Shown piece by piece: positions 1-11,952 of a DNA stretch of 64,000 nt. Origin of the DNA: Callorhinchus milii. Lineage: Eukaryota. The notes beneath the pieces are model-generated. The model saw nothing but the letters and a program-made list of their open reading frames with translations, did no database searches and had not been told where the DNA came from. Location: positions 100,008,001 to 100,072,000 of the forward strand of contig NW_024704743.1 of assembly GCF_018977255.1 (NCBI RefSeq). Direction: 5' to 3'. How positions within the stretch are numbered: position 1 is the stretch's first letter; every line of letters begins with the position of its first letter. The position numbers were made by a program, and so were the translations under genes.

Positions 1-1045
1 TGTGGTAAATAGTCTTAATTTAAAAATAATCTTCCAGCGTGGGGGGCTTCCTCCAGGATATCCTCATTTAAAGACTTACAGGAATCCATCTGCAGCACAT
101 TATGTTGGTCATAAATCGAGGGACACAAGCCATTTGACAGTGTCTCAACACTTTCTCTTTGACGTATAAGACATTGTGTACATTTGAGACTAAACCAGAT
201 TGAGATTTTTGGATTAATTGTTGAATATCACAATTCTGGCCATTCCCGCTCTTTTCACACTGACTTCCTCAAAAAGCTTGTCACTCTGCATGTAGCTACA
301 TTCTTTTTCTAAAACCGTCATTCTTCAATTTTTAATTTTCTCTTTCATTTTTCTCCTCTTGTACCACTTCTCTACTCATGCTGCAGGTAGCCAAGAGAGT
401 ATATCTGTAGTATATTTACGACATATAACATATTCAATTTAATAATCATATTGAACGTATAATGAAAAGGCAGGATTTCAACTTATCAATATGGATTGCT
501 TATCCGCTTTCAAAACCCTTCTAAAAACCTCCATTTGCACCTTTTGTCATTACCCTTCTACTGTCACCACACATCCCTCACCCTTCTCAGGCTCCCACTC
601 CATCTCTGAACATATTAATCTACAAAGGGCCACTTTCCATTGATGGATTTGCCATCTTTCAAACGAGACATTAAACTAAGGACCTATCTAGAGGTTTAGG
701 TTGGCATTAAAGATCTCAAGTCACTATTTGAAATCACTTTCTCTGGGCTCTCCGGGACGCTACCCCGTGTGAATGGTGCTATATAAATGCAAGTTGTTGT
801 TGTTGAAAAGGGAGTTTCTTACAATAATCCTTGCACTTGCTAACAACAATCCCCCAGATAAAATTTGGCATTCATTTCATGCTGTTTGTGATTGCGTTCA
901 CCTACAAAATACAGTCATAACAGTAATCCTGTGAAATGCTGTAGCAGCCTCTTGAAGTGAAGGGCACTATGTCAAATGCAAGGATTATTTATTGTTTTCT
1001 GCATACAATACTGTGATAGTAATTATTAATGCATGTTTTAACCAG

Positions 1046-2968
1046 GACCCAAGGACAGGACCGACAGCCAAGAACAGGAAAGTTCATCCACAGAGGGACA
1101 AGGACAGAAAGTTCAACAGCTGGAATATGAGGTCCAGCGCCTTAACCAGGTGCTGGAAAAACTTCAAGCTTCAGTAACAGGAATGAGTGACACTCTGAGA
1201 CACGACGTCCAGGAAGATGCCAGTAAAATGTTTGTGTCGCTATTGAGCAATCTACGACTGCCTGGCAGTGCCATTGGCGTTGAGGCTGTGCATGTTCCAG
1301 GAAGTCAAGACAGAGAAGAGGCTTTTTATCCATTCAAGATGGGTGAAATGATGTCCACAATTACAGAGGTTAAGGATACATTAAAGAGCAAGAGTGATAT
1401 GCTGGATGACCTGCACGGAATGGTGACAGGACATGACGGACAATTGAAACAGCTGATGGAAGCGGCTCAAGCACCTATTTCTACCAGCTCTCCATTTCCC
1501 AGTGGAGACTTGTATCAGGCTTACATTGATAGTAAATTTGAAGCTCTCAGAGATGAGATGATGATGGGCATTGACATGAAATTTGCAGACCTAAAGAATT
1601 CCTGTGAGTACAAGCTGATGTCATTGAAAGAGCAATGTGAAGAAAATGTGTCAAACTGTGAGAAAGTGGAGGAATTGCTCGATGAAAAGGAGATTGCATT
1701 GAGAAAGGAGATCCACGACCTCAGGACCCTCATACAAGAATCACCTAGCAAGTCAAGCTGCTGCGCTTCTATAAACACCTTAAGACAGCAAGTGAGCAAC
1801 ATGGATCGAAGGGTCCACAGAATCGCAGATGCCAACAGAGTATTGAATGCCAGGTTGGATAATGAAGTCAAACGATTCACTGCCGATACTTTGGAGGACT
1901 TATTTGGTGAGAGGTTAGAGGAGATAGATTCCAGGATAAATGTAACAGAGAAGAATGCTGAGGAGCATTGCTTTTACATTGAGGACACTCTGAAAGAACG
2001 TATTACAACTGAAATTGACAATGTAAAGGAATTGATGGACAGGAAACTAAGGTTACTGGCGAATAATGAGTTGGTCCCGGCTAGCAATTCCTCTTTACCT
2101 AGAGCAGTAGCTAGTGAAGTGCCACAGTCCTTCCAAAATGAGCGGACTTACAATGATTGGATCAAGAATGGGATGGAGCATCTTGAGAGCAAGTTGCAGA
2201 AGATAGAAAACTTGTGTCTCACTGGATGTTCCTTACCAACGAATGAGTTGGAGACCATCAGAAGCGATATGGAAATCTGCAGAAACGACTATGAGGACTT
2301 ACTGGTTAAAACTGAAGCCAACTCCATTCTGCTAAAATCTCTGAACAGCACAGTCCACGAGGGTCTGAGGAAGGCACAAAAAAATGAAGAAGACTTAGAA
2401 GTGATGGAAGGCAAACTCAGCTCGCTTACAAACACTGTGGAGCAGTCTGTAAAAATGCGGCTGCACGCTCTAGACAAGCGTACTCAAGCACTCGCAAATG
2501 TCAATTCTACATTGAAGAAGAACGAAAATGAGCTCCTGGGGAGGATATACGAACTTCAAGAAATGGTCAAAAATCTAGAGTTCCGGCTGAAGCAGAATAG
2601 CAGCCAGTTAGCTGGGGTGAAGGAACAAATGGAACAATTGTCTAGTAAGATAGCTAATGACATGACTAAATGTAAGGACAGTACCCAGGGGATCCAGAGA
2701 GAAGTCTCAGGTGTTGACAACAGGCTGGTACACATTGAAAATATGTGCAGTAAGCTGGACGGTATCTCTGGTAGCCTCCAGCGGATTAAGGACGGTCTGA
2801 ACAGACATGTCAGCAGCCTTTGGAACTGTGTGCGTCAGATGAATGAAACAGTCAGGTCAAACTCGAAAGATATTGTCGTGCTGAAGAATTCTGTTCATCA
2901 ATTCCACAGTCAGGTCGCTAAAGCCGCTGCTAGCATTGAAGATGAACTTAAAGTTCAGCCTCTCCCAG
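1046..2968 (+). CDS. EMILIN2: EMILIN2-like large coiled-coil exon (1923 nt)
   Basis: Acceptor ttttaaccag|GA at 1045/1046; open frame (G)PKDRTDSQEQ...KVQQLEYEVQRLNQVLEKLQ...KVQPLP; donor CCAG|GTAAGA at 2968/2969. Corresponds to ORF 1150-2982. Confidence 0.93.
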
Positions 2969-5407
2969 GTAAGACTCATTGATCTTAGTTACATTCTGTT
3001 CCCTGCTTATATTCCTTCAAAATCTAGGCTTCTCTGCTTTGCTGAAGAATGATCTAGCTGTGTGGGTTTCATTTAGCAATTACTTGTCTAACTCAGTTCC
3101 ACATTCATTCTGAATTAGTTAAAGTTGTCAACCTGGCTCAGTTATTATCACTCTTGTCCCTGGGTCAGATGGTTGTGGATTGAAAACTCATAGATCATAT
3201 AGTCTAGGCTGATCCTCTATTGCTGGGAGTGAGTAATACTGTCAGAGGTACTATCCTTTTGATGAAATGTTAAACAAAGGCCCATCTGTCTGTTGAACTG
3301 AATGGTGAAGATCCACAACACTTTTCAAAAATAGAAGGGAATTTTTCCTTGAGTGCTGGCCAACAATTCTCCAGATAAACTAATCATTGACTACTATGTT
3401 TGCTTACAAATACACAGTCGCTTCACTTTATTGTGATTACCTGTAGAATGAATGCTTTGAGATATTTTGATGTTATAGGTGTTGTATCAAATGCAAGAAT
3501 TATTATTTTATAAATATTACATGTATTTATTCAATCACTTTCTCTTTTTATTGCTAATCATTTCCAATGGAACTCTGAACTCGTGTGCTCCAGGCTCATA
3601 CTCCACTGCAGTGCTGCATTGCTGAAGGTGCTATCTTTCAGATGAGATGTTAAGCTAAATTGTCTTTCAGATACAATAACAACAACAACTTACACGTATA
3701 TACCCTATATAGGGAGTTTCTCCTGGTGTTCTGGCCAACAATCGCCCAAATAAAATTGGTCATTCACTTCATGGCTGTTTCTGGCATGTTAATGTGAGCA
3801 AATTCATTGTTGCATTTGCCTACAAATATACACCTCACTGCACTTCACAATAAATCCTGTGAAACACTTTGCGATGGCCTACTGACGTGAAAGGAGCAAT
3901 ATGAAATGTAAGGATTATTTGATTATCGTACTGAGTAAAAATTGAAGTGATAGAACTATTATTATACATATATCTAGATAAAAGCAGTCCAGAAATATAT
4001 ACAGATAAACCTCCATCAGTTAAGTGTTATCACACAGATGATTTGTTGACATAATGGATGATCAACTTGACACTCGTTGCTGTTAGAAAAATGTTTGTGT
4101 GAGCTGGCACTTACTTTCATCGATAAGTGAAATTTGTGACGCACTGAAAATTGTTCTTGTTTGCTTGTAGAATTCTCACTTCACATTCAGCCACCTGCAA
4201 AGCACCCAATAAACAAACAGTCGTAAATCACTGTGCAGCTAGGGGCCCTGCTCTCTGACCTGGTCTGATGGCCAGGGCAAAGTAAACGCTTTTGTAAACA
4301 CATTAGTAGAATTCAAAAGTAGACAAGTAATTTTCACATCAAATGTGAAGGGATTGGTGAATTAAAATTTCCAGAGGATCATGTTTGATGGGCTGAATGG
4401 CCTTCTCCTGTGCTGTAATTTAATTTTTAAAAAACTTGCGTTTAATAGAGTGCAAACCCTGCACTGTCCGGTGCCTTGGGATATTCTCCTGAAATGATAG
4501 ACACTTATACAAATGTAAACTTCTTGTAGTTTTTTCACTTTTGGGGGACATCTCAAAGCTTGGGAACAGGATTCACTCTAGTTACTGTATTTTTGTAGGC
4601 GTGTAATTACAAGTTTATCCATTTAATCATTCTAGTGATGGGCTAAAGAAAAACATACATTTTTTATAGCATCTCTAACGTCAAAGACATGGAACATTTC
4701 TTGATAATTACTGTCACATGCACTGAATATTTTTGTAACTAAACACTGCTGTCTCTACACACAACATAAATAGCCATGAATGACCAATTTATCTGGGGGA
4801 TTGTTGGCCAGAATAACAGGAGAAACTCCCTTCTCTTTTCCAATACTGCTATGGGATCTTTAACATGTATTTGAATGAAATCACACACCCAGAGGGATTG
4901 GATCAGTGTAAAAACATAGAGGAAACTGGCTGCAGAGAATGCAGTCAATAAAAACTCTTGGGAGTAATGAGATAATAGGAGTTTTATGTGGGAGAGTGAG
5001 AGTGGTTCAACACAAATGAATAAGATTGCATTACATGGAACTAATTCATTAGATCATCTGTACATCTGGTGGAATGATCAGATCATAAGATTGTCGCTCT
5101 GGGAGTAGAAGACTTATTTTACAGCCAAATGGTTGTGTGATTGTGCCTCTTGAGCTTTTCTGTCATTATGTTCTGCCAGCTCTTATTCATGGCCACTGCG
5201 TGTAACACTCATGATGCTGGGGTGTTCTGACTTCAAGGGAAGCTAAATACAACCGTAAACACGATCATCTCCTACAGCATAGGAACTTCTGCCCCTGATC
5301 TCACAGCAGTGATTGACAGCGATCAGAGAAACTGTGCCCAGATTCTCTCACCTGATCTGAGAGGAAACCACAATTTATATTTCTATGGTGTTGTTCACAT
5401 CGGGCTG

Positions 5408-5729
5408 ATAATAATAATAATAATAATCCTTGCATTTGATATAACGCTTTTCACGTCGGGAAGACGTCCCAAAGCGCTTCACAGAACGCACTGTAAAGTG
5501 AATTGACTGTATATTTGTGGGCGAACGCGGCAGCCAATTGCGCACAGCAATGTCCCACAAACAGTCGTAGATTGAAAATGACCAATTTATTATTGTTTTT
5601 GGAGGGATTATTATTAGGCATGTGGAGTAAGGAAACTTGCCCAAGGTTTCGCCCTGACCTGCCTGGAATTGAACTCAGGTCTCCCACTTGCAAAGCGAGT
5701 GCTCTAACCACTGAGCTACAGGACTCCAC
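5408..5729 (-). mobile_element. Young tRNA-Ala-derived Deu-domain SINE, short subfamily
   Basis: Full head (GAGTCCTGTAGCTCAGTGGTTAGAGCACTCGCTTTGCAA), TGCTGTGCGCAATTGGCTGCCGCG core and L2-like tail with (ATT)n. Confidence 0.9.
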
Positions 5730-5965
5730 AATTTGATATCTCAAAATGCTTCACAGAACGGCCTGGGAGCCTGAAAGCACGATTAAAGTGATAGATCTTA
5801 AAGCAGGTTTTGAAACTGGAGAGGAAGGGAACAAGGTGAAAGGACTCAGGATGGTGAAGGAAAACTTGCCAACCTATGGTGAGGTAGTGTAAAAAGGAGA
5901 TGTGAAGCCGGAGAATGTTTACTGAGCGGGAGGAGCAGATGGAACATGAGGTTATAGGTGCTTAA

Positions 5966-7340
5966 AACAACAACAAAATTACATTTGTATAGCGCCTTTT
6001 ACGTTAGGAGGACTTCCCAAGGCGCTGGACAGTTAGTGTTTCGGACCTGAGCTGGTGGTCAGGCTTCTGGAGGGTGGAGGATGGGGGGGGGGGAAGCAGG
6101 GTGATCGAAAGCACAGTCAAAGAGGAGGGTCTTGCGATGGGTCTTGAAGGAGGCAAGGTGGGGGCAGAGTGGCAGAAGGCCCACCCGCCAACGGTGGGGT
6201 GGGCAAGGCGGGGATGTGAAGCAGGACAGAGCCCTCTGAGCGGAGGGAGCGGGCAGGATGGTAGGGGGTTAGGAGGTCACAGAGGTAGGGAGAAGCAAGA
6301 CCATGGAGGGCTTTGAAGGTGAGGACCAGGATCTTGAACTGTACACTCTTACAGTGATAGGGTGTACCTAGGTCATGAAGACATTCAACAATGACTACGA
6401 CAATCGTAGACATCAATCTGCTGAGGTTGGGGAGCTTGTGGAGCCAAGTGATTATTGGGATGATGGTCTCACAGAGCCTAATGTGGGAAAGTTCTGCATG
6501 GTCTACAGCTTGTATAGAAAATAGCTGGGGAGTCTTGTGAGCAGGACATTAGAGTAATCAAGCCTAGAATTGATGAAGGCATGGATGAGGATCTCAGCAC
6601 ACTGAGGGGTAGGGGTAGTGGTGGAAGTAGGCAACCTTGCTGAGTGTGTGAGAGACTAGATGCAGCTGTTAAAGGATAGTTTGGGTCGAATACACCAATG
6701 TTCCTCACCAGTTTCATGAGATGGCGTAACCACCCGTGCAGATTGATGTGGTCAGTGTCTGAGGTGAACAAACATTGACGAGAGTCAAACAGAATAGCCT
6801 CAGTCTTATCGACATTGAGCTGTAGAAAGTTAGAACTCATCCAGGACTTGTAGCTCAGTGGTTATAACCCTCGCCTCGGAAACAAGAGATCTGGGTTCGA
6901 TTCCCAGCAGGGCGAAACACTGGGCAAGTTTCCTTACTCCACGCCTATGTTTACCTAAAGTAAATAGGAACCCAGTTGTTAGTCGATTGGCAGATCGCTT
7001 TTCCAGGGGTAATAATTCCTTCCAAAAAAAAATAATAAATTGGTTATTTCAATCCACGACTGTTTGTGGGACACTGCTGTGCACAGTTGGCTGCTGCGTT
7101 TTGCCCACAAAATATACAGTCAATTCACTTTACAGTGTGTTCTGTGAAGCGCTTTGGGACGTCCCAACGTGAAAAGCACTATATCAAATGTAAGGATTAT
7201 TATTATTATTCTGTGAAGCGCTTTGAGACGTCTCGAAGACATGATAAGGTACTACATCAAATGCAAGGATTATTATTATAGGACTTGATGTCTGACAGAT
7301 GTTCATTCATTGGGGGTTGGGGGTCATGGAGACAGAAGCA
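5966..7340 (-). mobile_element. L2 LINE 3' fragment (interrupted by SINE)
   Basis: Degenerate ORF2 C-terminus NFLQLNVDKTE and FKILVLTFKALHGLASPYLCDLL; (GTT)n tail. Confidence 0.85.
6851..7279 (+). mobile_element. tRNA-derived SINE, long subfamily, with doubled 3' tail, nested in L2
   Basis: A/B-box head, extra ~50-bp segment and two consecutive tails. 8-bp TSD AGGACTTG at 6843-6850 and 7280-7287. Confidence 0.9.
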
Positions 7341-8139
7341 TCTAAAAATATGAAGCACGTATCAAGCACTTTCACACTTTTTCCATAGTTCCTCAAAGAA
7401 ATCTATTTACAGTGACAGTTCCTAGATGATCTGTTTTGTTCACATTGGAATGTGTTTGTTGCATACTTGTGATGCCATCACCCACCGGCCTGACTAACCT
7501 CTGGCTTGGAATCACTTCAGCTGCCCTGTTTAAACAACTTATTACTTCAACTCTGGTTCCTTGCCCTCTGATAAAATGGGAGCTGTGAGTGTCTACGCCA
7601 CATTCATAGGAGAGAAATCCACAGTAACACACAGCTATAAAATGATGATCTTTGTGACATTGCATATATACATCAGAGACAGAACCCACCATTAATTTAC
7701 AAAAGGTGGTGACTCCATTTAATCTGAGGATTGTTTGGGGGATTTTGACTAATACGGCTTCTGCAATTGCCTGCAAAAATAGTCACTACATTTGACAGTA
7801 TTTCTAAGTGAACCTATTCCAGAGTGCTCTTTTGGGTCCGATAGCTCAGAGGTTGCGATAGAAGCAAAGTGTGAAAAACTGGACCAATGTTTGTGTCATC
7901 AGGTCGCCATTAATGTCATTTCCTAGGCATTGGGTATATATCTGCCGTGCACAGGAAATGGAGTGAAGAAATGTCATTTTATTTTTTCTCAAACAGTGGG
8001 TAAAATAATGGGATTATAGTTAGTAAAGTAAGGGAGATCTCACTGTTAGTCCAATAATTAGTTAACCTGCACTGGGTCTGAATTGATTGATCCTCTCCCT
8101 TTCTCCACCCCCCACCCCGTCTTTCCCCCTCAAGCAACG

Positions 8140-8651
8140 AGGAAGGCATGTTGGCATTTATTGCAAAAGAGTTAAAATACAAGAGTAGGGAAGTCTTGCT
8201 GCAACTGTGTAGGGCCTTGGTGAGACCGCACCTAGAATATTGTGTGCAGTTTTGGTCTCCTTATTTAAGAAACAACATACTCACCTTAGAGGGGGTACAG
8301 CGTAGGTTCACTAGGTTAGTTCCTGGGATGAAGGGGTTGATCTATGAGGATAGGTTGAGTAAACTAGGCCTATATTCTCTAGAATATAGAAGAATTAAGG
8401 GTGATCTTATACAAACATATAAGATTCTTACGGGGCTTGACAGAATAGACAGTATGAGACTGTTTCCCCTGGTAGGAGAATCTAACATATTCAAGACTAA
8501 GATTGATAGGTTTCTTAAGGATAGAGGGATTAAGGGATATGGGGATAAGGTGGGCAGATGGAGTTAGGTTAGATCAGCCATGATCTTATTGAATGGTGGG
8601 GCAGGCTCGAGGGGCCGAATGGCCTACTCCTGCTCTGAATTCCTATGTTCC
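8140..8651 (+). mobile_element. CR1 LINE 3' end with internal deletion
   Basis: LVRPHLEYCVQFWSPY...LEGVQRRFTRLVPG...LGLYSLEYRRIKGDLI; CR1 3' UTR GGCCGAATGGCCTACTCCTGCTC. Confidence 0.92.
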
Positions 8652-11600
8652 CCTTCTTCCCCCCCCACACACAGGCAGTGAAAAATGTGACAGTTAGTGT
8701 GATAAATAATAATGATCATTCATTTTCACGTTATTGGAATTTCCGTTCCTGATAACAGTAGAAGACCACTTCTGTTGGTTTTGTGCAAGTGGTTCAGGCC
8801 CATAGCTGACTCTGGCGTGGAGTGAATTTGCAGAGTTTGTGCAGTAAAGGAAGCTTGAATTTCACTAGGCATTGGAGCGCAGGACAGCCTCAAGAAGCCA
8901 GTATAAACACCGAACCTTACAAAGCTGGTATTGTAAACCAGCCTACCATTTTCTGAATTCACTTCAGCTTCATTTGTATCGTGGGTTTGGCAGAGTCCAC
9001 CCAGCAAAACAAATCCGATTCTAACCGCCCAGCACAGTTTTATCTCAATAGGATGAATCCATATTCCAGCTTGTTTGTGTCTGTATAATAGAAAATCTCG
9101 ATCCATAATGATGTCACTGTTTCTGAGGAAAGCCAGTGTGGAAATGGGTGCTAATTTAAAATAAAAAGTGTGGTCTGTCGTAATTTCTGGCATTGGCCAC
9201 ATTGCACAGCTGGCTGTAAGCAAAGGCTGACCATAATGTTAGCTGGCCTCTGAACTCAGCCACAATATTGAATGGTTGTTGGCACCTTGAAGTAATTTAC
9301 TCAGTGGGAGATAATGAGACAGTTGTTACTGCAGCTGAGACTGTGCATGTAGCCTAGAATATGACCAGCGAATGTTTTCTTGCCTGATCAGACAACTTGA
9401 ATGCAGGTTTAGCCGTTTTTTGACCGCTAAGCCTGTCACTTTAAATCATTCAAAAATAATTTGTGTATGCTTAATCCTCTGAATTTGTTGAATTTCTCAA
9501 ATTTGGAATCTAATATAGTAGTTTTTTTAAAAATCTTTCTGCCTTCCTTTCCTGGATGTGTTTTAACTTTTTTCCTTCTCTTCTTCTGTGGGTGCTCTCT
9601 CCTAGAAAATAGACTGTCACTGAACTTTACACTGGATCCTCTGAAGAGTTCAGCCAGGCAACTCTGTGTTGTCCATTAATCGATTCAGGACCTGAAAAAA
9701 GCAAACTCCAGGACATTATTATTGATCATTAACTAGCCTGCCCTGAATCATCCAGTTGGATTTGGAAGGATAGACATGTTACTAGACATTCAATTGGGCT
9801 ATGGTTAACTCAGCCAAGGTCCTGATCAATAATATTGTCCTACCTGGACAAGTAGTAAAAGCTGGCCAGTGTCTCATGCCAGCAAGCTGCATGGTTTTAA
9901 CTCCTTCAATTCTAGCAATATCACAACACCCACTTTGGGGTTATTAATATTACTACATTTGCCAACCAATCTTCTCCAAGAGAGAGATTGTATTCTCCAG
10001 AACTGGCAAGTAGACACTGATCTCTTAAACTCCTCACTCTAGAGAATATAATATGAACCAAGTTGACTTAATTCTGATGGTTAAATTTGGGTTATATTTG
10101 CTGTGGGACACTGCTGCGAAGTGCTTTGAGATGTTTTGATGATGTGATAAAGTGCTATGTTGAATGCAAGGATTAAAATTAAACATTTGCTAGGAGGTTA
10201 AGGGGGTGATCTGATTGAGGTGTTTAAAATAATAAAGGAAACTGACAATGTAGAGAATGAATGACTGCCTTTGATTTTTAGCTGAGCTAAAGTGAAACCA
10301 GAAATCATTTCTTCACACATATGGTTTGGAAATGGTGGAATTTTCTACACCAGAAAATCATAAATGCAGCATCAATCAAGGTGCTTTAAAGAGAGATCAA
10401 TGGAAAGTGAGGGAACTAAGCGATTTGAAGAAAAAGTATGTAAACGGGGTTAAAAATATAAAGAGCTGCCATATTCTAATAAAATAGTGGAGCAAGCTCA
10501 ATGGTTTTCTCTTGGTCCTTCATTCATCCTATATTTCTATAAACCCAATGTAATCCCTGTTAATAAATGGAGCTGGAAACACTCAAGCATAGCAATAGGT
10601 TTCCTTATGTATCTGAATCCGAGCTGATTTAAAAGTAAGTTACACTTCTAGATTCATCCCAGAGGTACTTAAATCTCAACGATGCAACTCTGGGCATAAA
10701 CAATTTGTGAGCTGCTGAATGATGTGACTCAACTTGCTTTAAAGTTGGAGGATTATCTCCATTGCAATAGATAATATCATAGAATGTGATTAAATAATGA
10801 GTATTCAGGAGTGCTTGAGGTGTTGGTGCTGTAGTTATAATACAAGTAAAAACACATCTTGCTTTTATCCATTGGTTAGCACTGCTCGCCAATGCATTTC
10901 TACTTTGTTGGTAGTTCTTGGTAGTGACACCATCCCTGTTGCTGGGTATATTATAAGTGTAATCGGAGTTAAGAATTAGTGAATAAACAATGGCAATAAT
11001 TCTTATTTTATACAGTGCATAATCCTGTCAATGCCATAATATGTAAAATAATGTATTTGATATAGCACCTTTTAGCTCCTATAATCAAAAGACAATGTAC
11101 GCACCAGGTCCGAAACTGATAATGACATTGCAACCATCTCAATATGATCTCTTGCTGGATTGAGATATGTTACCCAGTGTAGTCAAAACTGCACTTGATC
11201 TGTTTATTTATTCACTTACCATTTTAAAGTAAATAAGATCCAGGATTACAGATTTACAAATTTGTCACAGAAACACTTAGTTACGGTTATAATATTCTTT
11301 TCACTTCCTGTCTGCTGATAAGATGTTCTCAATGTTTAGCCAAAGCATGTAGAGGTTTCCACCATCAAATTCAATCCTTTGGGAATTAAATCTCATGCCT
11401 CCCATGGGACTCATCGCCTATTGAATATTCTAGGTTATTAGGCTTATTAAGCAGTTTATTGCTTCAATGCAGGTCTATGTTTATTGGCAGGGTCTCCTTT
11501 CATAGCAGGGACGGCCTCTAAAACTTATTTATTCAAATAATCTAATCTAGAATTGGGATTGGTAAAATTATATACAGCCCCCAACACATTGCCAGAGTGT

Positions 11601-11691
11601 GCACTGAAATAAGATAGTGTCAAAGAATAATGTGATCACTTTAATGCAATGTAGCATTTGGTTACTGACATGAGATTCTGTTTCTAACCAG

Positions 11692-11952
11692 TGGAAAGAG
11701 GCCACGCTGGAAGTCCAAGCCATGTCAAGCCACCAAGACTTCCTACCATGACTGGAATTCACAATGGGGTCTTCCAGGAGGTGGGTTACGCAGGTCCACC
11801 AGGATCAATGGTACCAGGAAATAATGGCAAACCTCATGGAACAAACGGAAAACAACTGAAAGGCAGATTAATGAGAACATCAACTTCTGGCCAACCACAT
11901 GGTACCAATGGAGAAAGTGTGATGTATATGAAAGGTGATGCAGGGGCACCTG
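11692..11952 (+). CDS. EMILIN2: EMILIN2-like exon, Pro/Gly-rich degenerate collagen-like segment
   Basis: Acceptor tttctaaccag|TG, donor CCTG|GTAAGT, phase 1/1. Encodes VERGHAGSP...EVGYAGPPG...KGDAGAP. Confidence 0.88.

Noticed and set aside
1521..2477. Antisense ORFs within the EMILIN large exon
   Set aside because: Shadow frames of a coiled-coil coding exon.
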